A stretch of DNA of 64,000 bases from a virus (taxonomy: Duplodnaviria; Caudoviricetes), in the IMG/VR virus record IMGVR_UViG_2974692648_000001, positions 96,001-160,000 of that record; one strand, given 5' to 3'. Position 1 is the first letter of the stretch. Every line of letters begins with the position of its first letter. Under the pieces are notes generated by a model. It made no database searches and was not told the DNA's origin. It saw only the letters and a program-made list of their open reading frames with translations. The translations under genes were made by a program, and so were the position numbers. Below are positions 49,640 to 58,800 of this stretch, one piece after another.

Positions 49640-50364
49640 TGGCCTTTAAAGTTCTTACTGACATAGACAGTCTTTTAGATACCAGACAAGGTACGTTGGA
49701 TGTTTTACTGGAACCGGTTAAAGAAACCTTTGATACTGTTTACGCTGATCTGTATTATAAGCGGGTATTGGATAAGTTCGACCGTGAACCTTTTGGTGTC
49801 ACTATGGATAACTACCGAACTGCTTTTAAGGACCGGGGTATTCATACCATCGTGAAGTCGAGACCAACTCGACTACTAAGAAATCTTTTTAACGTATTGG
49901 TGGACGCTGAAGCTTTAACAGGCAAACCTATTCGAGTGGAAGCTATAGAAATCACTGTCCTTACTCAACCCTATGATTTATCAGACGAAATCTTAAATGA
50001 CCTTAAGAAAATACTTGAAGGTAACTTGGGGTATCGTTGTAAGATTGAATTTGACCGACGTGAGCCTTCAAAGGTAACAGGGAGTTTTGTTTCTAACTTC
50101 ACTCATGTATTCATGTACCATTTACTTGGTGAAGCTTACCCGGAGTTTTCTAAAACGTTCGATCAAAGACCAAGTCCTGATACCAAACTCTTTATCCCTG
50201 CGGTATTCATTAAGGAGCCGGAGGAGGTTGGGATTTCACCAACTACCCAAATTCAGCGTGTTGGTTTGTTGTGGTCGGTACTCTGGACAGTTGTTCCTTT
50301 ACCACTGAAGTTCTTTGACGCGGTCTCATTAGAAGAACAACAAAAGTTAGAGGCAAGACTATGA
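49639..50364 (+). CDS. Conserved-type jumbo phage protein with a HAD-like DxD start
   Basis: VLTDIDSLLDTR N-terminus; TAATG coupling. Confidence 0.65.
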   Translation: MAFKVLTDIDSLLDTRQGTLDVLLEPVKETFDTVYADLYYKRVLDKFDREPFGVTMDNYRTAFKDRGIHTIVKSRPTRLLRNLFNVLVDAEALTGKPIRVEAIEITVLTQPYDLSDEILNDLKKILEGNLGYRCKIEFDRREPSKVTGSFVSNFTHVFMYHLLGEAYPEFSKTFDQRPSPDTKLFIPAVFIKEPEEVGISPTTQIQRVGLLWSVLWTVVPLPLKFFDAVSLEEQQKLEARL

Positions 50365-50696
50365 CCGAACGCATTAAACCACCACCTTCCTTTGCACCTG
50401 CTTATTGCGCAATGTATCCGGAGTTGGTTACGATTGCCAGAGAACATGGTTGGGCTTTGACTGTCCTAGGTAGTATGAGTCGTGACTTTGATATGGTGTG
50501 TGTCCCTTGGACCGAAACACCACATGATCCCGAGTGTGTGGTTAACGGGTTTTGTGACACTTTCTCACTTGTCCAGATAGGTCAGCCGGACGTCTCACAC
50601 CATGGAAGATTGCGTTTCACTCTAAGCGTGGGTTGGGGAGAATGCTTCTTAGACCTTTCCTTTGTGCCACGATCAAGCGATGTTCATAGTGCGTAA
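50361..50696 (+). CDS. Minimal nucleotidyltransferase-like protein
   Basis: LTVLGSMSRDFDMV has the GS plus DxD motif; later FLDLSF supplies a candidate third Asp. Confidence 0.55.
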   Translation: MTERIKPPPSFAPAYCAMYPELVTIAREHGWALTVLGSMSRDFDMVCVPWTETPHDPECVVNGFCDTFSLVQIGQPDVSHHGRLRFTLSVGWGECFLDLSFVPRSSDVHSA

Positions 50697-50714
50697 TTTG
50701 GGAATGCAATTATA

Positions 50715-50742
50715 TACTCCTACTCCCTTAGGAGTAGGAGTA
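50715..50742. terminator. Palindrome between convergent genes (family member)
   Basis: TACTCCTACTCC-CTTA-GGAGTAGGAGTA followed by CTTTTTT. Confidence 0.75.
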
Positions 50743-50764
50743 CTTTTTTGGTTTCTCTATTTTT

Positions 50765-51262
50765 TTATACAGGGTTGCCATCAAAATCGAGGTAAGCTTG
50801 ACCTTGTTCCAATTCATCCGGACGGATCTTAGGTTGGTCTTCTAACAACTGATCCATATCCGCATCCATGTTCACGATAAACGAACCTTCACCCCAAGTT
50901 GGGATATGAATGTTCATTTGGTTCATGGTACCCATAGCTTCAATCAATTGGTTAAAGCTTGCTCGGTTTTCTTCTTTATCTTTAGCGCGTTCCGATTCTT
51001 TGCGGTCATCACGAACGGATTTTTCAAGAGCACCGATTAATGAATTTAACGCATCTAACAACTTAGGATCGTTTGGTCGTTTTAGGTAAGCGGCAGTAGC
51101 GTTATCGAGAATAAGACCACGGTGTTTTTGTATGGCTTGGATTAAAGCTTTTTGAGACGGGTCTTCTTCGTCTTTTTGGTTGGCTTTAAAGAGGGCTTGC
51201 AGGACACTTCTTACGGTTTCTTCGGAGGCGTCTGCGTTATAGGGTTTGTATTCATCTGACAT
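50765..51262 (-). CDS. Hypothetical helical protein
   Basis: 165-aa ORF. Confidence 0.7.
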   Translation of the reverse strand: MSDEYKPYNADASEETVRSVLQALFKANQKDEEDPSQKALIQAIQKHRGLILDNATAAYLKRPNDPKLLDALNSLIGALEKSVRDDRKESERAKDKEENRASFNQLIEAMGTMNQMNIHIPTWGEGSFIVNMDADMDQLLEDQPKIRPDELEQGQAYLDFDGNPV

Positions 51263-51276
51263 AAATATTTTTAAAC

Positions 51277-51294
51277 CTATATTACTTAGGTAGA
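51277..51294 (+). promoter_or_regulatory. Putative phage early promoter
   Basis: CTATATTACTTAGGTAGA. Confidence 0.65.
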
Positions 51295-51329
51295 TAGACT
51301 ACCTTATTAAAAAGAAAAGGAGAGTAATT

Positions 51330-51941
51330 ATGAAAATGTTTTTGCGGTGGTTAGGGTTCTTAACTAGAAAGAAAAAAGAACCTCACACACTAATTACCGC
51401 CCAGGAAGAAGTAGAGCGCATTAAGACTATGATGAAACCAAGTAGTCTGACACCTATCAATGAAGTATTGCTCACTCTATACAATTTCCATCAGGAGTCC
51501 CCGTTCCGTTTCGTAGAAGATTTTTATACGTTACGCGAGGAAAGTGTAAAGACACATTGTAATACTTCTCTGGGGCTCGCACAGTTACTTTCAGAGGCAT
51601 TCAATTACCCATTCCGAAGAGTCATGGCGCAATACGAAATTGACCTTTCCGGTAAAACTGAGCGCCCTGTTATGTCGTGGTACTCGAACATAGGTTCGAT
51701 CGAATTAATTAATCATGATATGATGGAGTGGTGTCAGTTAGGAATGCGTGCTCACTTTGAACGTTCTGGGGAAGGGGACCCTGGGAATTACGATCAACCT
51801 ATAACTCAAAACCAAAAGGACTTTGTATTCAGTAGTGTATTCGTTAAGGTCTTAAATGACTACGTCGAGTTAATGGACTTGACCTTACGCACTCAACCGA
51901 GAGGTACGGACCTTGAGCAAACCAACCAACCACAAAGATAA
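51330..51941 (+). CDS. Hypothetical protein
   Basis: 203 aa with an AAGGAG RBS. Confidence 0.7.
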   Translation: MKMFLRWLGFLTRKKKEPHTLITAQEEVERIKTMMKPSSLTPINEVLLTLYNFHQESPFRFVEDFYTLREESVKTHCNTSLGLAQLLSEAFNYPFRRVMAQYEIDLSGKTERPVMSWYSNIGSIELINHDMMEWCQLGMRAHFERSGEGDPGNYDQPITQNQKDFVFSSVFVKVLNDYVELMDLTLRTQPRGTDLEQTNQPQR

Positions 51942-52329
51942 GTTAGACTTAGGCGTCGTCACTAAAAAATATACGGAGGACCGAGATTTAAAAGATCCAC
52001 CGGCACGCTTATTTAGAGCTTTGTTACGAAAGCTGGAATCACAAGGATTGAACATCTCTCAATTAACGTTACTCTTACAAGAGTATGTTAAGTGGGAAGT
52101 GACCACCGATGATCCTTTGAAAGCTAAGTCGGAACGTAACACCCTCATGGGGAATATCAGAGCCGCGTTCTTTAAGAACGACACTATGACATTTCCTAAA
52201 CTTTTAACTGGCCTGAGTATCCTACAGGTCAAGAAATATACCCTGACTCTAAAAGTTGAAATGGAGGATGGGAAAACCGTGGAAGTTTCTGAGACTGGAC
52301 GTGTGCACAACGCCAGGAATACGAAATAA
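51913..52329 (+). CDS. Hypothetical protein
   Basis: TTG start with a GAGG RBS. Confidence 0.65.
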   Translation: MSKPTNHKDKLDLGVVTKKYTEDRDLKDPPARLFRALLRKLESQGLNISQLTLLLQEYVKWEVTTDDPLKAKSERNTLMGNIRAAFFKNDTMTFPKLLTGLSILQVKKYTLTLKVEMEDGKTVEVSETGRVHNARNTK

Positions 52330-52360
52330 CATGGTCTCGATCATTACGTAATGAAAGAAC

Positions 52361-52389
52361 GTGGGCGGTCCCTTAGGGGGACCGCCCAC
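52361..52389. terminator. GC-rich hairpin
   Basis: GTGGGCGGTCCC-TTAGG-GGGACCGCCCAC. Confidence 0.65.
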
Positions 52390-52423
52390 GAATTTTATGT
52401 TCCTTATTTTTTTGTAACGGTGT

Positions 52424-53560
52424 GTGACGATGAGTGAATTTAGTAACATACTCGACTCTTTCGATCCTTTTGAAGGTTTGTCTTCTACTGACCCAGTTAG
52501 TAAGAAGTCAAGTGAAATCCAAGGGGATGTATCGTCGATTCGTAAGAAAGCCACGAATCCGATCGACTCGAGTTCCAAAGATAACAACAAGGGTGTAGAA
52601 ACTGTAAAGCCTGAGAACGGTGCGTTAGACAAAACCCTCAACAGTTTTAAGTCTGATACGTTAGGTCATATCAGTGACAGTTACCAACAAAAAACTTCTA
52701 ACTTTACTTTAGATGATTTAGAACAATTGGCTAAAGTAGAAGGTGGTTCGTTGGGTCTGAACAAAGATTACGTGATGAGTGAACTCTCAGACACGTTAGG
52801 GTATAGCCTGGGTGACACTGAAGCCTTTAAAGGTGAAGCAGGAGATGAACTCTTTAAACGGTTCGTTCAGTTAACGGACCCCGACGGTGGAGCCTTACTG
52901 GATAAGAACGGCAATGAGTTAAGTTTTAAAGACGGCTGGCGGGATGGAACCACTGAGGGATTAATTTATTCCTTGGCTATGCGTGGTTATGACCTCTATG
53001 AGGAGGTCAAAGATTCGGCTTTAGAGGACTCGTTTGACGCCACCCAACTTTATTCAGCCGCACAATCTGGTATGGTGGAAGCCTACCGCCCCATCTATGA
53101 TAAAATCAAACCTGAGAGTAAAGCTCGGGACATGATGGTTAATGCGATTGAATACGTAATCAGAAACGGGGATTTCAACAGCTTAGTGGAAATGCTAAGC
53201 ATACTAGGGCAAAGTAACTACTCATTAGTAAAGCGCAACTATCCAAGTCTACCTAAAGACTTTCTGAGTAATTACTACCTAGATAAAAAGGTTTACCTTC
53301 ATGAACATCAAGCGCTCTCCGATCAACTGACTCAGACGTTATCTGACATCTATGGTCCAAGCTGGTATAAAGTCGGAACTGAACATGGTGAGGCTTACAA
53401 CGTACTCATTGGATCTAATTGTAGTCAAGACGCAGTGACCTTACTTTCTTTAAATGAAGACTTAGGTGTGTTAGTTTCGTTACAACATACCTTTACTGAG
53501 TTCCCTGCCGCTGAAGTGTTTTTTGAGCATTTCCCCGATACACCTAGAATTACATTGTAA
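52424..53560 (+). CDS. Putative virion structural protein
   Basis: 378-aa ORF beside the tail gene block; function from context only. Confidence 0.6.
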   Translation: MTMSEFSNILDSFDPFEGLSSTDPVSKKSSEIQGDVSSIRKKATNPIDSSSKDNNKGVETVKPENGALDKTLNSFKSDTLGHISDSYQQKTSNFTLDDLEQLAKVEGGSLGLNKDYVMSELSDTLGYSLGDTEAFKGEAGDELFKRFVQLTDPDGGALLDKNGNELSFKDGWRDGTTEGLIYSLAMRGYDLYEEVKDSALEDSFDATQLYSAAQSGMVEAYRPIYDKIKPESKARDMMVNAIEYVIRNGDFNSLVEMLSILGQSNYSLVKRNYPSLPKDFLSNYYLDKKVYLHEHQALSDQLTQTLSDIYGPSWYKVGTEHGEAYNVLIGSNCSQDAVTLLSLNEDLGVLVSLQHTFTEFPAAEVFFEHFPDTPRITL

Positions 53561-53562
53561 CT

Positions 53563-53596
53563 ATAACTCCTACTCCCTATTGGGAGTAGGAGTTAT
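53563..53596. terminator. 15-bp palindrome between convergent genes (family member)
   Basis: ATAACTCCTACTCCC-TATT-GGGAGTAGGAGTTAT. Confidence 0.75.
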
Positions 53597-53609
53597 TACG
53601 TTATTTTTT

Positions 53610-55787
53610 TTACCTTGCTAGAGGTCTAACAAACACTTTAGATATATCACCGACTACCGAGTCCGCCACCATACCTGCGATGTTACCCGGAGCCACACTT
53701 TGCTTCCAGGACGTAACCTGAGTGGTCAAACGTCTGGATAACTGACTCCATCGAAGTAATGTGTCTAGGTAATCCGTTCCGGTAATACGTGTCAGGTAAG
53801 AGTTATAAGGACCAACGTCGGTCAACATACGTGATACTGCCGCTGCCGGGTTAGTTAAAGAGTTTAATAACCCAGAAGTACGTGAGATTGGAAGACTGAT
53901 GTATTTTTCCATGTCGACGAAAGTTAATTCGACGGTAATGTTCAAACACTTACGGTCTTTAGTCCAACCACCTACACCATCGCCAAAACGTATGGTTGCT
54001 GATTCTACCATACCTGTGCGTATAACTTGTCGTCCTTTAGAAAACACCTTACATAGGAATGGTGAAGTCTGAGCAGACGCACCCGCCGAGTTAGGGAAGA
54101 TCAAAGGTAACAGCATCGCAAACGGAGCCCACATGGTCGTTACCTGCGAATACAAAGAAGCGTAAGTCGATTTGAATTCGAACTTGTACGTTTCTCGGTG
54201 CAGGTTAGCTGAAGATTCACTCCAGTGTTCCGGTATATTAATGTGAGCGTTGTTTGTTAACGCTAAGGGGATGTTAACAATTGCCGCGGAACTCGCAACA
54301 CCGGCAATAGCGTCACGTGCCATGTTCATCACACCGTCAATAGGCGCTATGCCTGTTTGAGCATCCGCCATATCAAAACGGAAATCGTTCACTGACTTCA
54401 CAGCAGAGTTGAACTTGGATGCCATCGGTGACTGAGTAGTGGTGTTGGTGATGCTATCCGACACTGCACCTTGGTGATCGTGACGGAAGGTGATCGCATC
54501 AAAGCCACCATAGAGGGAGGTTTCCAGTAGATCTACTACGTCTCCCATCCAGCTACGGTCTTGGGTGTTGTCTTCGTAAGTAGCTTGTTGTTCGAAACCC
54601 TGATAGATGTTAGGCGTCGTTCCTGTAGACGGTGGACGATTTGAATCACCTGGGTGAGCGGGAGCTTGTCCACTTACCGAGTTGTTGGAAGATGGCGCTA
54701 CACCACCTTGGTTATTCTCATTACCGTATAACCCGGGTAAAGTACCTCCGCCTCCGGAACTGTACGACGTATTTGGCGTGGGTCTCGCATTTTCATACGC
54801 GTCTTTATCCAAGTAAGCTGAGTGTTTCTCCGGTGTATGTGGTTCTTCACTGCCATCGCCTCGAATCTTACCTACTGTATTTAACTCCTTATCCAGAAAT
54901 TGTTGTAAAGTGGTGTCGTAAGTTCCACCATCTCCAGGTCGAAAGTCTTTCATCTTTTGCTCGATGGCTTCAAATTTTTCGTCCGGAGAGTTGATCGCCG
55001 CATCGTCCAGTTTCTTTACTTCTTTCACAAAGTGTCTGAACTTTCTCACTCCTCGAGTCATCATCCGGGCTAAGTCGATAGTGCCGTCTTCATTTACTAC
55101 ATCGCCGAAGGTTTTAGAAAGTCTCGCAACTTCCTCTTGATATTCAGTTTTGTAAGAAGGGTCGATACCATTAACTGGGGATGTATCATCATACTTCATA
55201 GGAAGTACAGGTTTGATTGCACCCAAAGCCACCATGATGTCATTCAATACGTTGTTAGCGGACTGTAGATATAATCCGACCGCTGGTTTAACGTAATAGA
55301 ACTGGTTCTTAGGGGTGTTGGTTAACCAGTACAAAAACTGCATCCCGATAGAAACCAGCTGGATAGACGCGAAAGCAATCGTACCAACGGCTTGACCCAC
55401 ATAAAACATAAACCCCGGGGTTCGGCCTTTGTTAGCCATTACAGCAGCCACAGGATCAAACATGTTTGTGATAAATGTCAGTAGTCCAGTAAACTCAGCA
55501 ACCCCCGGAGTAATGGTAACTAAGGAAGCGTTCTCATCGAAGACTCGCTTATACTGGGTTCCCATCCCGCCTTCCTTCGATTCCATAAACTGAGTGAAAC
55601 GAGGGTCGGTAGCCGGAGAAAACTGAGGTAGGGGGTTTACATAACGATTGTCTCCCGGAGCTGAAGAAAAGAAGTTGTAATAGAGATCTTTATTGAGGTG
55701 ATCTCGGACGGTGACGTTTTCCACACCTGCCGCCATCAGTCGGAACGACTTCTTAATGAGGTCGCGGTCCGTGACTGTAACACTCAT
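53610..55787 (-). CDS. Tail/baseplate structural protein (phiKZ gp182 position)
   Basis: 725 aa directly downstream of the gp181-like gene; IPEHWSES...SPF...GMVES motif pattern. Confidence 0.65.
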   Translation of the reverse strand: MSVTVTDRDLIKKSFRLMAAGVENVTVRDHLNKDLYYNFFSSAPGDNRYVNPLPQFSPATDPRFTQFMESKEGGMGTQYKRVFDENASLVTITPGVAEFTGLLTFITNMFDPVAAVMANKGRTPGFMFYVGQAVGTIAFASIQLVSIGMQFLYWLTNTPKNQFYYVKPAVGLYLQSANNVLNDIMVALGAIKPVLPMKYDDTSPVNGIDPSYKTEYQEEVARLSKTFGDVVNEDGTIDLARMMTRGVRKFRHFVKEVKKLDDAAINSPDEKFEAIEQKMKDFRPGDGGTYDTTLQQFLDKELNTVGKIRGDGSEEPHTPEKHSAYLDKDAYENARPTPNTSYSSGGGGTLPGLYGNENNQGGVAPSSNNSVSGQAPAHPGDSNRPPSTGTTPNIYQGFEQQATYEDNTQDRSWMGDVVDLLETSLYGGFDAITFRHDHQGAVSDSITNTTTQSPMASKFNSAVKSVNDFRFDMADAQTGIAPIDGVMNMARDAIAGVASSAAIVNIPLALTNNAHINIPEHWSESSANLHRETYKFEFKSTYASLYSQVTTMWAPFAMLLPLIFPNSAGASAQTSPFLCKVFSKGRQVIRTGMVESATIRFGDGVGGWTKDRKCLNITVELTFVDMEKYISLPISRTSGLLNSLTNPAAAVSRMLTDVGPYNSYLTRITGTDYLDTLLRWSQLSRRLTTQVTSWKQSVAPGNIAGMVADSVVGDISKVFVRPLAR

Positions 55788-55831
55788 GTTTGAGTCTCCT
55801 TAGAAATTTAGGGGGACGAATCCCCCTTACG

Positions 55832-58800
55832 TTAGGTTAATGATACAGAATCCTGTCGTACCCGGTTGGCTTTTTGATTACCTTCTTGGATAGCGTTGAG
55901 TATTCCCTGTAGGATTGCCGTTTGGCTAGTTAAAGCAGCTTCCGTCTCTGGTTTCATTGCCGCCTCTACTTTAAGTGGTTCTTGTGGAACCTCTTTGACT
56001 TTGGAACGCACTTGAGCTTCTATCGCTTCTTTAGCGATGTTGTACTCGTCGACCTTAGGTTTAGTAGGGGTAGGAACGTTACTTAGATCAGGAATCGATT
56101 TATCGTTAAACACTGAAGGATTACGGGACTGTTTAACTGCACTCGTTGCTGCCGCGGTGTTGTCTTCAAGAGACGGCGTCGCGGAAGGTTTGGTTGCCGT
56201 TAAAGCTCGTTCTTCCTTCGCCAACGAATCTTTAGGGAGCGCTGAAGCTAGAGCATTGCCCCGGGTGAATTTGTTGTCGACTAAAACTCCGTTCTTGTAT
56301 TGCTTTGATTTTTCTGCAATACGCTGTCCAACCCGATCTTCCATCTCGGACTTAGTCATGTGATTATCGACATAGTCGTTGATGTGTTTCTCGGTTTCGG
56401 ACATTCCCGGGGCTGAGTCGTAAGGTGTATTCTCTTCTTCTGACGGAGCTAGGTCTTTGGTGAGTTCACCGTTCAACAAATTATTCAGGTAATCGTTGTA
56501 CAGGCGTTCACGCTTACCCATTCCCGGCAACGCTTTACCACCGTTCAACCCACGAGCCGCAAAGCTAAAGTCACCGTGTTCTTTGATGGACTGCATTTGT
56601 GGTGAGTTTTCAAAGAACCAAATAGCGGTCTTAGCCATGGTCTCAGGATCTTCAGACACCATACGAGGGTTATTGACAATGTCGATACCCAAATCACTAG
56701 CAGCACGTTCGTAGTTATCTTTACCCGTTAATTGAACCAATCCACGACCACGATACAACCAGCCATCGTTAGGGGAATCCGTATTACCCAACCAGCCATT
56801 ATAAACAGCGTTGGCGAATGCAACGGGGCCTTGTCGGATGATCTCTTGGATCTGTGGAATATTAAACTGCTTCAACTTACGGAAGATGTTACGAGCTCTA
56901 GCCGCGTTTGTGTAACGCATGTTTTCTGCGGTATTGCGGTACCCACCAGTTTCGTAGTCAGTAAGTGCCAGCATCTCGGCAATCTGTCTTGGGTCGTCGT
57001 AACCTTTCTTGACCATCTCACGAATAAGAACCTTTGTGATCTGATCTTTGTTTAAGGACACACCTTTATCATCACCCGGTTTAAGCTTAACGTCAGTTTC
57101 GATATCTCGATTAACGTCAACTTTCACCTTACTTAGATCACTAGTCATCTCAGGAACAGGACTTGGTTGTTTACGACCAAATTGTTCTGAAATGTCTGGA
57201 GCGTTCTTAGGTTTATTAATGTTCAGGTTGTCTGGCAAACGATAGACAGACTGATCAGTACGATCTGGTGCTTTAACAGTACGACTCTGCTCTAAGTCAG
57301 GGTCTTTCAGTCTAGCTTGATTCGCTTTGACTTCCAGTGCTTGGAGCATGCGTTTCACACGAGTTGACATTCCTTCGGAACGTTCACCCTCAAATGGTGC
57401 TTCATCAACACTAAACAATCCTTTCACACGCTCATCAACAAAGACCTTAAGTTCCACAACCTGTTGAGCAAAACGGAACTGTGCAGTTGCTGATAACGTA
57501 CGCCACACTTTAGATGGATCGCCACCACGTTGGTTACGACACACTTGGTGCCAAGCTAACCAGACCGGTAAGAAACGATACTGGAACCAACGGATGGCTA
57601 GTTCTCTACCTTTTCTGGAAGTAACACGGAAAGCAGCACTGAAGGTTGCCCAGAATTCTTCCACTGTCCCGGTAAACTCAGAACGACCATTGGAGTAAGA
57701 AGTATAACGTTCCATCCAGCGCTCTAACTTAAGTACCGCTTCTACACGCCAAGGCATGTTGTCTTCGTTACCGTAAGCTGCTAAACGGAAAGCTGTAATG
57801 ATTTCAACCGGCTTATCCCCAGGGAGCATGTCAGAGATGTCAATCCCTTTAATGACTTCTGGTTGTTTAAACCAAGTATCTAACTTCTTCTGTTTCTCTT
57901 CATCGTTGTGATCACCGGTCAATCTCATCCAAGCACTTTCCAACATCCCTGCTTTCTCTACTTTCTTGATCTTAGAGTTAACGGTGTCGATGGTAAGGTC
58001 TTCCGACAGTTTCTTGGAATTAAGATTTGTGGTGTCGTATTCTTCCTTCATTTCATTTAAGTAACGAGCCACTTGTGCTTTGGTCTCTTCTGCACTCAAT
58101 GCGTACGTATCACGACTAATCCATAATTGGATTCGGTAAGGAGATGGGTTCATCATCCCTGCCTCATCGTGGGTTTGCTTAGCGATCAAAGGAACCGTGT
58201 TGTTCTTAAGCTTATCGTAATCCTCAAACTTATTAATATCCAGTTTTTGGAATTGAGCGTAGTAAGACAAATACACTGGTTTAAAACGGAGACTAAACCA
58301 CTGTAGTGTGTCTTGTTGACCTTGCTGCGTCTTGCGGTTATTCAGGAACGGTGTTATAAAGCGTTCTAACGGCGTTTCTCTAGAGAACCCTGCGTTACTA
58401 CCGGATAACTGAACATAGTCCTGTAGCTGCGTTTCTAGGCGTAATACATCATTGATCAGTTCTTCATCTTGATCATCTATACCGTACTGAGCCATACGAA
58501 GTTTTTGCTGGATAGTGAGATCATCAGAACTGAAGAACTTGTACGCCGCGTAACCCGCAAGTCCGACACCTGCCACACCCAAGGTGATCGGGTTTAACAA
58601 GAACGGTGCGGCGGCTGCTGCGATCCCTCCTAGAGAAGTTCCCGCCATCCCTGCGACCGCTGAACCTGTCGCTAACCAGCCTGCTGCTTCTAAACCCACA
58701 GAACCGTAGTCCAGGAGTTTATCTGCGGTAGAACCTTGTTCTACGTCAAAGCCATCACGAGCCGCATCGATAGCCATGTCACCGCCAAGCATCAGTGCGC

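Noticed and set aside
2698-53596. Palindrome family as CRISPR repeats or transposon ends
   Set aside because: Copies are dispersed kilobases apart with no spacers, cas genes, transposase or target duplications
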